DNA of 64,000 bases from a virus (IMGVR_UViG_3300009128_000011:1-64000), one strand, 5' to 3'. Counted from the stretch's first letter, positions 9,375 through 19,760 are shown. The notes: generated from the sequence alone by a model not told the origin. A program made the numbers and translations.

Positions 9375-10537
9375 ACTACGCCGAGACCGTCGCCCCCTTC
9401 GTCGACCGCTGCCTGTTCGGGGACGCGCTGGACCGGCTCCGGGGCGTCCCCGACGGCGTGGTGCATTCGTGCTGTACGAGCCCCCCCTACTGGGGCCTTC
9501 GGGACTATTCAGCAGAGGGACAACTCGGCCTCGAAGCGACGCCGGCCGAGTACGTCGACAAGCTCGTCACCATCCTCCGGGAAGTCCGCCGCGTCCTCCG
9601 GCCCGACGGCACCCTCTGGCTCAACCTGGGGGACTCGTACAGCGGCAGCGGCGTCAACGACGGCACGAAGTCCCCGGGGCTGTCCAAGGCAGCGGCCCGC
9701 GGCAACCCGCAGAAGCGCCCCGGCGCGAACCGGTGGTCCTGCCCGCTGCCCCGGAAGAACCTCGTCGGCATCCCCTGGCGCGTCGCCTTCGCCCTCCAGG
9801 ACGACGGCTGGGTGCTCCGCTCGGACATCGTGTGGGCCAAGCCGTCCTGCATGCCAGAGTCTGTCACGGACCGGCCAGTGCGGTCGCACGAGTACGTCTT
9901 TCTGCTCGCGCCGGGGCCCGTGTACCACTACGACGCGGTGGCGGTGCGGGAGGGGGATAGCGGGGCCCCGGCAGGGAACACCGAGCGGAAGGTAGCGGAC
10001 GGGACAGAGGGGCGACTTGCTACCCACGCAGGGCGCGGTGTCCCGTGGAAGCCCGGTAGCGGCCGCAACCAGCGCGATGTCTGGACGATCAGCACGAAGC
10101 CGTACGCCAAGGCCCACTTCGCCGTCTTCCCGCCGGAGTTGCCCAAGCGCTGCATCATGGCGGGCACGAGCGAGAAGGGCTGCTGCCCCGAGTGCGGGGC
10201 GCCGTGGGAGAGGGTGGTGGAGAAGACCGCCGAACCCGACGTGAGCAGCCGAGGCAGTCGCTTCGACAAGGGCAAGACCGGGGTCAACGGCCAAGGGCGA
10301 ACGCTACTAGGAGAGCGGACCACATCCGTCATCACCGGCTGGCGCAGAACCTGCACCTGCGACGCCGGGGATCCGGTGCCTTGCCTGGTGCTGGATCCGT
10401 TCCTCGGCAGCGGCACTACCGCGATGGTGGCCCAGGACCTCGGGCGGCGCTGGCTCGGGGTCGAGCTGAATCGGGACTACGAGGCGCTCCAGCGGGAGAG
10501 GACGCAGCAGCTCGGGCTGCTGGGGTACGTGCCTTGA
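9371..10537 (+). CDS. Orphan beta-class N4-C/N6-A DNA methyltransferase with inserted Cys-rich segment
   Basis: TSPPYWGLRDY, IVWAKP...PESVTDR, HFAVFPPEL, CPECG insert, VLDPFLGSGTT. Confidence 0.92.
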   Translation: MNYAETVAPFVDRCLFGDALDRLRGVPDGVVHSCCTSPPYWGLRDYSAEGQLGLEATPAEYVDKLVTILREVRRVLRPDGTLWLNLGDSYSGSGVNDGTKSPGLSKAAARGNPQKRPGANRWSCPLPRKNLVGIPWRVAFALQDDGWVLRSDIVWAKPSCMPESVTDRPVRSHEYVFLLAPGPVYHYDAVAVREGDSGAPAGNTERKVADGTEGRLATHAGRGVPWKPGSGRNQRDVWTISTKPYAKAHFAVFPPELPKRCIMAGTSEKGCCPECGAPWERVVEKTAEPDVSSRGSRFDKGKTGVNGQGRTLLGERTTSVITGWRRTCTCDAGDPVPCLVLDPFLGSGTTAMVAQDLGRRWLGVELNRDYEALQRERTQQLGLLGYVP

Positions 10538-10815
10538 CCCCTTCCGCCCCCGACTGCCGCGCCTGCGGTGCCTGCTGCGGCACCGACGACGAGAACCGCT
10601 GCGGCTACCTCCACGGCACCATCGGAGAGCACGTCACCTGCGGGAGGTACGACAGCCCCAGCCGACCGCGCATCTGCGGTCTGTTCCCCCGCGACGACCC
10701 CGTCTGCCACCTCGCACGCTTCGAGCGCCTCGGCATCCCATGCGACGCCGAGACCCTCCGCAAGGGGGAGCGGCAGTTCGAGGAGCTCACCGCACTGCTG
10801 GAGCCGCTGCCATGA
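10534..10815 (+). CDS. YkgJ-like CxxCxxCC cysteine-cluster protein
   Basis: DCRACGACC...C.YL...C.RY...RPRICGLFP; TTG start overlapping the MTase stop. Confidence 0.65.
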   Translation: MTPSAPDCRACGACCGTDDENRCGYLHGTIGEHVTCGRYDSPSRPRICGLFPRDDPVCHLARFERLGIPCDAETLRKGERQFEELTALLEPLP

Positions 10816-10935
10816 CACCTCCAGACCACCCTCCCCTCACCCCCTCCGAAGCCCTCCACGTCGCCCGTGCCGTCCTCCTCGCCGCTGCCGGCGACGACGC
10901 AGGCGACCCGCGGGCAGGAGGGGACTGGGAGGTCG

Positions 10936-11241
10936 TCAGGCTCGCCGCGGACGTGCTGGGGCACCTGGGGGAGGCGGTGGGGGAGAGCGTCGCTCGACCT
11001 CCTCGACGAACGAGGTAAACGGCCCCGGAGGCTCCGGCTCGAACTCCGCGCACTCCAGAGCCCCCGCGCACATCGGACAGTCGTCCCCCCTCCTGATCAC
11101 GTGCCGCGGCGTCACGATGCGTCCCCGGTCGTCGCTCAGCAAGCCACCCTCTCCGGACTGCCAGAGGCAGTCCGGGCACTCGAGCAGCACCGTGTCCGGA
11201 CCCATGTCGCAGGGGATGATCTCGACCGTCAAGCGTCCCAC
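10936..11241 (-). CDS. Small Zn-finger protein
   Basis: CPDC...CPMC; immediately downstream of the primase gene. Confidence 0.5.
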   Translation of the reverse strand: MGRLTVEIIPCDMGPDTVLLECPDCLWQSGEGGLLSDDRGRIVTPRHVIRRGDDCPMCAGALECAEFEPEPPGPFTSFVEEVERRSPPPPPPGAPARPRRA

Positions 11242-11242
11242 G

Positions 11243-13852
11243 TCAGTACCACTCCTGCTGCTGGGGCTCGGCCTGCGCTGGTGGCGCCGGCTCGCCCTTC
11301 ACCCCCTCGAGCCCGAGCTGCCCCCGGGGCGGCGACAGGACCGAGTAGCGCACGTTGCCTCGGCGGTCCTTGTCCTCGTACCAGGGGTGTGCCTTGAGGA
11401 TGTCCGTGATCCGGCGCACCTCCCAGTCTGCGTACTCCGACCGAGCCGGCATCGCCGCCGACAGCGCCGTCGCGTTGAGGAACAGCCGACGCCCGTTCGG
11501 ATCCCAGCCGCCGAGCAAGAGCGGAAGGTCGACTGCCGTGCTCCCTGTCCCGATGCTGCGTCGGACCGTTGTCAGACGCCTGCTCCCGTGGTCATCCAGA
11601 ACCGCCAGCGGGACGTCCAGCACGTACTCCAGGAAGCGTTGCTCTTGAGGCCCCGACTCCCGCAGCTCCTCACATGCCCCTGCCTCGTAGGACTGTAGCA
11701 GCGCCTCCCACGGCTCCCCCAGCATCTTGAGCATCATCGCCGCGGGGATCACGTTGCGCGCCAGCCGCACGGGGATCCCCGCCTCGTCTGCCCCCCTCCT
11801 GACCGTCTCGTACTCGTCCAGAAACCGTGGGGCGTGACAGGCGAGCCCCCACGACACCACCGGCCGCAGCCTGGCGAGCAACTCCTCCTGCCCCGCCAGC
11901 GGGCTGGCGTGCCCGGGCTCCTGCACTGTCCGCACCTGCCAGAACCGGTTGAGATCCTGGTCCTGCGGCGGCCCCGAGATCCCCGAGTAGATGAGCGGGC
12001 CGAGCAGCCGGCACCGCTCCACCTTGCTCGACCGGTTGATCGTGCCCCGGGTCATGTACCCGACCCGGTACATATCGAAGATCAGGTCCCGCTGCCGCAG
12101 CGACCGCGGGTTGTTCTCCACGTCGTCCATCACGCACGCCGCCGACTTGTTCCCGAACTCCTGCATGAGCGTGTACGGCGTGGCGTTTCCCAGCTCCAAG
12201 ATGTGCTCCGACAGGGCGAACAGCGCCGTGCACAGGTTCGACTTCCCGCTGTTCGTCTGCCCCTGGATCCACACCCAGGGGGGCTCCCCGGGGATCGCCG
12301 GCGTCAGCGGCACCGTCAGCGTCGTGGCGGCCAGGAAGTACGGCACCAGCGCGCTGTCGAACGTCCACCGGCCGAACAGCTCGCACAGCTCGTGGTAGGC
12401 CGCCCGGATCTCGTCCGGCGTGTGCACCGACGGCGTCGACCGCACCTTGCCGCTCGGCGCCGAGAAGTGGCCAGCCACGATGGGGGCCGGCAGCCGCTCC
12501 CACGCGCTGCCCGAGAAGACGAACGTCCCCGCCTTGGAGATCGCCGCCACCTCGTCGCCCAGTAGGTGTACCCCGTCGGCGATCTCGTCCTCCGGCACCG
12601 GCTCCGAGCATACCTGGCCGAGGATCTCCGCCACCTGGTTGCGCGCCTTCTTCTCGTCGAACCGCTTGAACACCCGCTTGACGTTGCCCTCGTCGTCCTT
12701 CTTGTCCTCCCACACAGCCCCGAGCTTGTGCTTCGCGCTCTCCCACTTCGGGCCCAGCGCCACGCCGAGACGGGTCTCGTTCGTCGCCTGGTTGATCGGG
12801 ATCTCCACCCGGCGGTCCCGGTAGCACACCAGTGACCCGCCCAGGCTCCCGATGGGCAACACGCTCCCGAACAGCTTGCGCCACCGGGCCAGCGGGCGGA
12901 GCTGCGCCACGATGTCGTCCGGCAGGCTCGACGCCCCCGCCACCTGGTCCCCCTTCTCCAGGCGCTTGATCTGGTTGTCCACGCACCGGGTGTAGCTGCG
13001 CCGGCGGTCGCTGTCAGGATCCTGCTCCACCCCCTGGCGCCGGCACACCTCGTCGATGATGCGCAACAGGCCCTCGCGGTCGTAGTGCTGCTTGAGCAGC
13101 AGACCCGTGACCGACCGCCACGTGATCGTTCGCGACTTGCCGTCTGGCGTGCCAGGCCCACCGCTGAAGGGGACGAACGGTACGAGCACCGCGACGATAC
13201 GTGCCCGATAGAAGGCCTCCACCCCGTCGTCCCACCGCAGCCCCCCCTCGTACTTCGGGGCAAGGCGCTCCGCAGGCTTCGGCTCCCAATCGCCGATGTC
13301 CTCCACGGCGTCGAGCAGCTCGCCAAGCTCGTGGTGAGAGACCGGCTCGCGCGGTGGGGACGACGGGTGCGCAGGCAGGTAGTAGACCCGGCTGGCGTCC
13401 TTGCACTTCTCGTCGAACGCCCCGTCCCACTCCTCGTACCACTTCGCCCACAGGGTGGCGTGCACCGCCGAACTGACCGGCGTTGCCAGCGGGAGGACCA
13501 CCCGGAACCGGTCGCATGCAGGCGCAACGAAGTTGCCCTTGTCGTCGTACTTGTCCACCCAGTGGGAATAGGAGGTGTGCAGGACGTACTCGAGCCCCAG
13601 GCTCTCCAGGTGGCGCATCACCTCGGGGATCGTGATGTTCTCGTCGAAGTCCAAGACGAGGGCCGTGACCTGCTCCACGCCCTCCTTCGCCCGCGTCTGC
13701 CCCGTCGGGTAGACCGTCGGGCTCCACAGCACCCCTTCCTTCCTGTCGCGCTCGTCGAACTCCATGAAGGGGTCCGGCCAGTCTACGCCAAGCGGCCTGG
13801 GTACGTTGTCCTTGAGGTTGTCGAAGCGGTCAGCAGCGAACGTGTCAAGCAC
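11243..13852 (-). CDS. Replication protein: AEP primase (prim-pol) fused to a P-loop NTPase/helicase
   Basis: LVLDFD, LHTSYSH, RFRVVLPL, KDASRVYYLP in the N-terminus; GQTNSGKS Walker A and CVMDDVE Walker B in the C-terminus. Confidence 0.8.
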   Translation of the reverse strand: MLDTFAADRFDNLKDNVPRPLGVDWPDPFMEFDERDRKEGVLWSPTVYPTGQTRAKEGVEQVTALVLDFDENITIPEVMRHLESLGLEYVLHTSYSHWVDKYDDKGNFVAPACDRFRVVLPLATPVSSAVHATLWAKWYEEWDGAFDEKCKDASRVYYLPAHPSSPPREPVSHHELGELLDAVEDIGDWEPKPAERLAPKYEGGLRWDDGVEAFYRARIVAVLVPFVPFSGGPGTPDGKSRTITWRSVTGLLLKQHYDREGLLRIIDEVCRRQGVEQDPDSDRRRSYTRCVDNQIKRLEKGDQVAGASSLPDDIVAQLRPLARWRKLFGSVLPIGSLGGSLVCYRDRRVEIPINQATNETRLGVALGPKWESAKHKLGAVWEDKKDDEGNVKRVFKRFDEKKARNQVAEILGQVCSEPVPEDEIADGVHLLGDEVAAISKAGTFVFSGSAWERLPAPIVAGHFSAPSGKVRSTPSVHTPDEIRAAYHELCELFGRWTFDSALVPYFLAATTLTVPLTPAIPGEPPWVWIQGQTNSGKSNLCTALFALSEHILELGNATPYTLMQEFGNKSAACVMDDVENNPRSLRQRDLIFDMYRVGYMTRGTINRSSKVERCRLLGPLIYSGISGPPQDQDLNRFWQVRTVQEPGHASPLAGQEELLARLRPVVSWGLACHAPRFLDEYETVRRGADEAGIPVRLARNVIPAAMMLKMLGEPWEALLQSYEAGACEELRESGPQEQRFLEYVLDVPLAVLDDHGSRRLTTVRRSIGTGSTAVDLPLLLGGWDPNGRRLFLNATALSAAMPARSEYADWEVRRITDILKAHPWYEDKDRRGNVRYSVLSPPRGQLGLEGVKGEPAPPAQAEPQQQEWY

Positions 13853-14061
13853 GACGCGTCCACGCGACAGCCGAGGGGGTCTGGGTCAGCATGCGGTCTC
13901 CCTGTCGACAACGACGGGCCCGGGGCCGGTCAGGGGCGACAGGGAGTCCGTAGAACCCTGCCGGCCAACCGGCCCGCCTCGCCCTCGGGTCGCGACCCCC
14001 GAGGACTGGAATGACTCCAGGATGCCCCAGCCCCGCCTCGGCGTCAACCAACCGGCCCGAC

Positions 14062-14369
14062 CTCAGCCAGGTCGCCAGGTCTCAAGTCGACCTGGCTGAG
14101 ACCTGGCTGAGTAGATCCGGGGGGTCTAACTATCTATTACTATTATAGATCTTCTTCTACTACTACTACTGCTCAGCCAGGTCGCCAGGTATAGGGGTCT
14201 ACGTGAATTACATGCGGAGAAGGAGAGGGAGGAGATCGGATCCGTGATCGGGTCATGTGAATAGGCACGCATCGCGCTCTAGACCTGGCGACCTGGCTGA
14301 GAGTCGACGAATCGGCAACGATCAAGGATGGTTAGGCCTCAGCCAGGTCGCGGTCTTCCTCTGGCTGAG
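14062..14369. repeat. Putative replication origin: iteron-like repeats around an AT-rich tract
   Basis: CTCAGCCAGGTCGCCAGGT at 14062 and 14172, inverted at 14283-14301; shorter copies at 14089, 14100, 14338, 14361; AT-rich tract at about 14127-14170. Confidence 0.75.
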
Positions 14370-14546
14370 ACCCGGCGAGATGCCCCACAACGACCGACGC
14401 CCCCGACCATGGGGCGTGGCAGGGGGCGTCAGTCCCGTCAGGCCACGGATCAGCGTCCCGACGGTGCCAAGGTGCCCGGGGACAGGAGTCGCCCGAGCTC
14501 TTGACGCCAGGCTACCACCCCCCGCCGGAGGCGAGCAAGGGAGGGG

Positions 14547-14882
14547 CTACAGGGCCAGGATCTCCCAGTACAGCCCGTGTTCGTCCCGGCCGACTGCGCC
14601 GAGGCCGATGGCGAACTTCCGCCGGATGGCGTCGAGGGATGGGAAGGGGATGCAGTAGGAGGCGTAGCCCCCTGCCTGCCGGTTCATCAGTCCCCATCCC
14701 CCTTCGGGCAGCGGGCGCGCTACCGTATCGCAGAACAGGCGCGTAGTGCCCGAAGGCAGGCTATTGACCCGCTGGCGGACCCATCCGGCGCCTCGCTCAT
14801 CGATGCCCTCCCCCGGCCTGACCGCATCCCGGGCCTCCCGCTCGTTCTTCGCCGCGAAGCGGTTCTCTGCTGCTGCACTCAT
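14547..14882 (-). CDS. Hypothetical protein, island 1
   Basis: GGAGG RBS; overlap with upstream stop. Confidence 0.6.
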   Translation of the reverse strand: MSAAAENRFAAKNEREARDAVRPGEGIDERGAGWVRQRVNSLPSGTTRLFCDTVARPLPEGGWGLMNRQAGGYASYCIPFPSLDAIRRKFAIGLGAVGRDEHGLYWEILAL

Positions 14883-15328
14883 GCCGTCCTCCGAGTCGTC
14901 AGCGCCTGCTCCAGGTCCCGGACCGCACCGGCCACGCCGCCGGGCCCGTACTGGATGCCCATGGTGTAGATCTCCTCCCCGTCAGCGTCCCGGGCCAGCT
15001 CGATCCGGCCGGCCTTCGCCGCCGCCTTGTCGATGGCCAGGAAGCCCTGAGTCCCGAGGTCCACCCGGTAGGTGTCCCCCCCCCAGGCCGTCACCTCCGC
15101 CCGGTGACCCTGCACCTCGATCACCCGGCACGGCAGCGCCGGCCCCGGCGTCCCCTGCGTCCCACCCATCCCGCTGTCCCGGTACACGTGACCCGGAGGC
15201 ACCAGCCCCAGCCCGCCGCACTCGAAGCACTCGCCGCTCGCGACGTGCTTGAACTGCGGGAGGTACCCCGTCCCGCCGCAGCGGGTGCAGCGCTCGGTCG
15301 GGTCCGCGAGGTCGTTGGTCGTCGGCAT
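14879..15328 (-). CDS. DnaJ-type CxxCxGxG Zn-finger protein, island 1
   Basis: CTRCGGTG...CFECGGLG. Confidence 0.7.
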   Translation of the reverse strand: MPTTNDLADPTERCTRCGGTGYLPQFKHVASGECFECGGLGLVPPGHVYRDSGMGGTQGTPGPALPCRVIEVQGHRAEVTAWGGDTYRVDLGTQGFLAIDKAAAKAGRIELARDADGEEIYTMGIQYGPGGVAGAVRDLEQALTTRRTA

Positions 15329-15598
15329 CTACTTGGCCTCCAGCCGCACCGCCCACCCCCCGTGGCTGTCGCCCACCAGGGTGAGACCGGTGCCGTCGTC
15401 GTACACGGCGACCTCGTCCGTGGCCCACGCCTCGACGAGCAGCTCGCCGAAGAGAAACTCGAGGCCGTTGATCCCGCCGTCCTCGATGCCCACGGCGAAC
15501 CCCTCACCTTCGGCGTTGAGGCGGTCCCATGCACTCGAGGCCATGTTCTGGCACGCCTGCGTGGTGGGGGCGGTGCGGATCATGGTGGCGGTAGGCAT
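15329..15598 (-). CDS. Hypothetical first gene of island 1
   Basis: ATG at the fixed position within the repeated promoter module. Confidence 0.65.
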   Translation of the reverse strand: MPTATMIRTAPTTQACQNMASSAWDRLNAEGEGFAVGIEDGGINGLEFLFGELLVEAWATDEVAVYDDGTGLTLVGDSHGGWAVRLEAK

Positions 15599-15697
15599 CG
15601 TGTCCCCCGTGCTGTTGTGTTCCCTGACCATGCGTACATAGTAGCAACGAACCCGGGGGTCGTCAAGGGAAAAGCGCACGAGGGGCGAGAAAAGATC
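15598..15697 (-). promoter_or_regulatory. 100-bp promoter/leader module, copy 1
   Basis: GATCTTTT..CGC...GTGCGCTTTTCCC TTGACG-17-TACTAT, 6 nt, 33-nt leader, ATG. Confidence 0.85.
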
Positions 15698-15917
15698 AAG
15701 GTGAGCGGTTCGTGCCACGGTGGGACATCTCTCGCGCACGCGTAGGGCCCACTGCGCTCTCCAGGTCTCGTCGCGCATGCGCGCCCGAGGCTCCCCCGCC
15801 ACGACTCCTCGCTGTCAAGGATGTCATCCGCAGTACGGCTCGCGTGGTGGTCGCGGTGGGGAGCGGGGTCATCGTAGCATGCTTCGCTGGGGCTACTCGG
15901 ATCCGCTCTTCTTTCTC

Positions 15918-15946
15918 TTGACGCGGCCCAGCGTCTCGTCCACAAT
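15918..15946 (+). promoter_or_regulatory. Sigma70-type promoter for rightward accessory genes
   Basis: TTGACG-17 nt-CACAAT upstream of GGAGG and ATG 15997. Confidence 0.55.
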
Positions 15947-15996
15947 GGTTGCTGCCAAGGGAGAACGGTCCGAGCAGGACCAAGACGGGAGGATCG

Positions 15997-18190
15997 ATGG
16001 GAGAGCAGAGGAGACCGAGCACGGTCCGGGTGCGCCTGGGGCGCGGCTCTGGCTTCGTGGCGCAGGTCCCGGGTCGGGAGACGGTGCGTTCCCCGCACCT
16101 GTTCACGGCGCTGGTCCGTGCGCTGGGGTGGCACGGGACGAGTTCGGAGGAGTTGGAGGCGAGGATTCGGTCGGGGGAGTTGGTGGTGCAGGGGGTGGGG
16201 AGATGACCCCCGCCGGCCGAGCCGAGTGGCGTCGCCGGGCGATCCGCTCCTACCTCGACGGGTCCAGTCTGGCGATCCCGGCGTTCCTCCTGCCGCGGGA
16301 GGACGACCAGTTCGCCGCTGTCCTGGCGTGTCTGGTGGGGGTTCCGGCGACCGACGTCCCGGCCTATCAGCGGGCGCTGTCCGTGGCGCTGTCGTGCGTG
16401 ATGGCCCTGACGGCCGGCATGCGGTCGGGCCCGCACTACCAGGCGCTGATGGGGGAGGTGGCCGTGCGCCTGGGTGACGACTTCGCTTGGTCGCTGCACT
16501 ACTGGCGCCGCGAGGCGCCGCTGGAGGGAGCGTGAGCTGGCCCACCGACGCTCCGGCGCCGACCGACCGGGAGCGGGACCGGATCGAGTACGTGGAGAGG
16601 CGGCAAGACCGCAGAGCCCGGAGGTTGGAATGCCCTACCACCTGACCCTGCCCGTGGACGAGACCCGGGCGAAGTTGGAGGAGCTGGACGGCCGGCTGAC
16701 GGGGATCCTGCCGGCGCGGGGTCCTGACATGGCCAGCGACGACGTGTACCTGCACCGAGCCGCGGACGCATTCGACGAGGCGCTCAAGTGCTGCGTCGGT
16801 TCGGTGGCACCGCGATTGGCCGCGGCCATCGACTCGCTGGAATACGTTACCTGCGGGCACAAGGGAGTCGTCGACGAGCTGCTCGCCGGCCTGCGGGCGC
16901 TGGTGACGGAGGAGGCGGAGGAGGACGGGGTGCTCCCCTTCCGGAGTTGGACGATCCTCGAGGACGGTGTCGTGTTGGAGGACGGCCCGGCGGGTGTCCC
17001 CGGCGACCAACGGGTGTCCGGCGGGGCGCCCCGTCCAGCGGTGGTCGAGACCGCCGCCCCCCCCGCCTTCACCGCCACCGTCCAGGCGGCTCTCGCCCAC
17101 CTGGCGGAGGTGAAGTCGTGCCCGGCGGAGGTGGGGGTCCACATCGGGCGGGCGGAGCGGTGCCTGCGGGCGCTGGTGCCGGACGGGGGGGACCGTGGCT
17201 GACCCCCTCTCCCCCGACGCCGCCAAGGCCCTCCGCTACTTCCGCGACCGCCACCACAACAAGGGGGTGCCGGTGGACTGCGTGGCGCGGGCCTGCGACT
17301 GGTACCGCAGCAACGAGCTCGACCCGACGGCGTTCTCGCAGTCGAAGCTGCGCCTCAACACCCGACGCGCCCAGGTGGCGCTCGACGAGCTTGCAACCCG
17401 CGGCCTGATCTCGGGCCGCCCAGCGGCGAGGGGCTACCTCTGGTCCCTGGCCTGATACGAGGAGATCCCGGACATGAGCGACGACCCGACGACCGAGACC
17501 ACCGAGAAGGCCCCCAAGCCGAAGCGCAAGCCGAAGCCGCGGCCGTACAAGAGCATCGGCTACTGGCTGGACAGCATCGCCCCGGAGGGGAGGCTGGCCT
17601 ACCTGAAGGCTCCCTTGCTGGACGCGGCTGGCTACGTCTCCGGCCTGCGGTACCCCGTCCCCGCCGGGGGCATCCCCGCCAACCTGGCGGAGCACACGGA
17701 GGTGGTGGAGTTGCTCGCCCAGGTCCCGGTGACCCACCGTCGCGGCGCGGCCGAGATCCTCGCCCGGTCCGTGGACGCGGTGTCCGAGGGGGGCAGCAAC
17801 TCCCGGCTCTACTTCAAGGCCTGCCGCGAGGTGGAGCGGGTGCTGGGCCCCGAGGTCCGCGACCTGGTCCTCGAGGCCGAGCCGGCGCCGGTGGAGGAGG
17901 CGTCCACCGGGTGGGGGACGTCGTCGCCCGACGACGAGTCCGACGACCTGCCGCTGTAGGTGCGAGCCGACATTCGGCGCAGCACGTCGTTCCCGGCGCA
18001 GGAGCAGGCGGTCATGCGGGTGGTGCTGGCCGAGCTGGGCCGCGATGAGGATGCGGCCCGCGACGCTCTGCGCACCCCCGCCGGCCGCCAGCTCGTCGAG
18101 CGCTTCTTCCGGCTGCGGGAGCGCATCCGGGCGGACCTGGTAGCGGCCGAGGAGCGGCGCAAGCCGGAGGAGGGGAGACCGTGGGGATGA
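15997..18190 (+). CDS. Run of small coupled hypothetical genes (15997-16206, 16203-16535, 16630-17202, 17195-17455, 17474-17959, about 17960-18190)
   Basis: RBS motifs and start/stop overlaps; no family recognised. Confidence 0.55.
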
Positions 18191-18615
18191 GCGATTCGAA
18201 CGGGCGCCGTCCGGGCGTGATCCTGACGAGGAGTCTCGGGGACTGTCGGCCGGGGGACACTCTTGTCGTTCGGTCGGCACCCCGCGTGCAGCCGCCGGGG
18301 ACGTCGCTGCTCTTCTACGCTGCCCCCAGTCGCGACCTGCTGGCGTGGGCGAGGGAGGAAGGCGACAGCGAGGAGACGTGGGCGCAGTACCGGGAGGACT
18401 ATCTCGACGAGCAGCGGGGGGAGTACTCCCGTCGCCCCGACCGCTACGCCGCCCTGGTAGGCCGGGCACGGGACGAGGGGCTGGCCCTGGTCTGCTACTG
18501 CCCGACGGAGGAGTGGCCGCCGGACACGCACTGCCACCGGATCATCCTCGCCGACGAGGTGCTGGTCCCGGTGGCGGAGAGCATGAACATCCAGTTACGA
18601 GTGGAGCACCTGTGA
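18187..18615 (+). CDS. DUF488-like protein
   Basis: AAPSRDLL...WAQYREDYLDE...LALVCYC...HCHRIILA. Confidence 0.7.
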   Translation: MSDSNGRRPGVILTRSLGDCRPGDTLVVRSAPRVQPPGTSLLFYAAPSRDLLAWAREEGDSEETWAQYREDYLDEQRGEYSRRPDRYAALVGRARDEGLALVCYCPTEEWPPDTHCHRIILADEVLVPVAESMNIQLRVEHL

Positions 18616-19211
18616 GATGCGAGATCCCGACCTGGCCAGACGACGCCACCATCGGCGACACGCTGCGCCACCCCGTCTTCGGGGCGGCCAAGGACGGCGC
18701 ACCGGGTGCGGAGTCTGCCTTCGCTGCGGGGCTGGCTGCGGGGAGTGCAGCCCGTGGGTGACGCCAGCGCCCGCCCCCGGTGGTTCACCGCCGAGGCCGA
18801 CACGTGGCGGGAGGACGAGCCGCGAGTGGCCCTGCACCGCCGAGGCGACGGTCGGGACATCGAGCAGGACCCGTTCGCAGACCAGGGCTGTACGTACCTG
18901 CTTTCCCTGGACGACGCCAGGGCACTCCGGGACGAGATCACCGCGGCGCTGGTCGAGCTGACGGAGGAGGAGAGCCGTGCCGAGTGATCACGTCCAAGTG
19001 CCCATTCACTGGTGGGCAGGCCGTCTCTTCCACGCCAGCATGGCCCGCTCGCTGGTGACGAGGGCGGCGCTGGCGGGACTCGGCTACACGCAGAAGCGGC
19101 TCGGCGGTCTGCTCGTCGTCGAGTACGTCGACACGGTGTCTGGACCCAGGGACAAGGTCGCGGCGTTCCTTCGTTCCGCGGAGCCCATGTTCGGGCACAA
19201 GGAGGACCCCC

Positions 19212-19760
19212 ATGCCGAGTGACCTCCCGCCCCTGCGGGCGTTGAGTCTCTGGAGGCCGTGGCCCTGGGCCTTCTTCGAGCCGGTGCCCCCGCGCGCCAG
19301 GAAGACCATCGAGAACCGCAGCAAGCCCCCGCCGCGGGCGCTGCTGGGGCACGACCTGGGGATCCACGCGGCGAAGCGGTGGGACAACGGTGGGGATACG
19401 GACATCACCTTCGCTCTCATGGATCTGGGAGCCCCCGAAGCGAATGCGCATAGGCCGGACAGCGAAAGCTTCGAGCCGGGCATCTGGGGACTCGTCCGCG
19501 TCGTCGGCTGGATCGAGGTGGACGCCGACCTCCAACTCCTCCGCTCGGAGACCATCGACGAGGTGGGCCCGGAGGTGATCGCCCGCGCCCTGCGCTCCCC
19601 GTGGCTGTCCGGCCCGTTCGGCTGGCTGGTGGATCGCCCGCGCAAGCTGACGGAGCCGGTGGAGATCGGCGGCCGCCAGACGCTGGGGTGGGTGGTGCCC
19701 CCGGCGGTGGCGGCGGAGGTGTACCGGAGGCTGCCTGGCGCCGAGGAGGGCGAGCGATGA
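19212..19760 (+). CDS. ASCH domain protein
   Basis: RALSLWRPWPW...KTIENRS...LGIHAAK...GPFGWLV...PVEIGGRQTLGW. Confidence 0.8.
   Translation: MPSDLPPLRALSLWRPWPWAFFEPVPPRARKTIENRSKPPPRALLGHDLGIHAAKRWDNGGDTDITFALMDLGAPEANAHRPDSESFEPGIWGLVRVVGWIEVDADLQLLRSETIDEVGPEVIARALRSPWLSGPFGWLVDRPRKLTEPVEIGGRQTLGWVVPPAVAAEVYRRLPGAEEGER

Noticed and set aside
9371-10537. Restriction-modification system
   Set aside because: No adjacent endonuclease; orphan methyltransferases are common in phages
14062-14369. Repeats as a CRISPR array
   Set aside because: Mixed orientations, irregular spacing, short units and no cas genes; an iteron origin fits better
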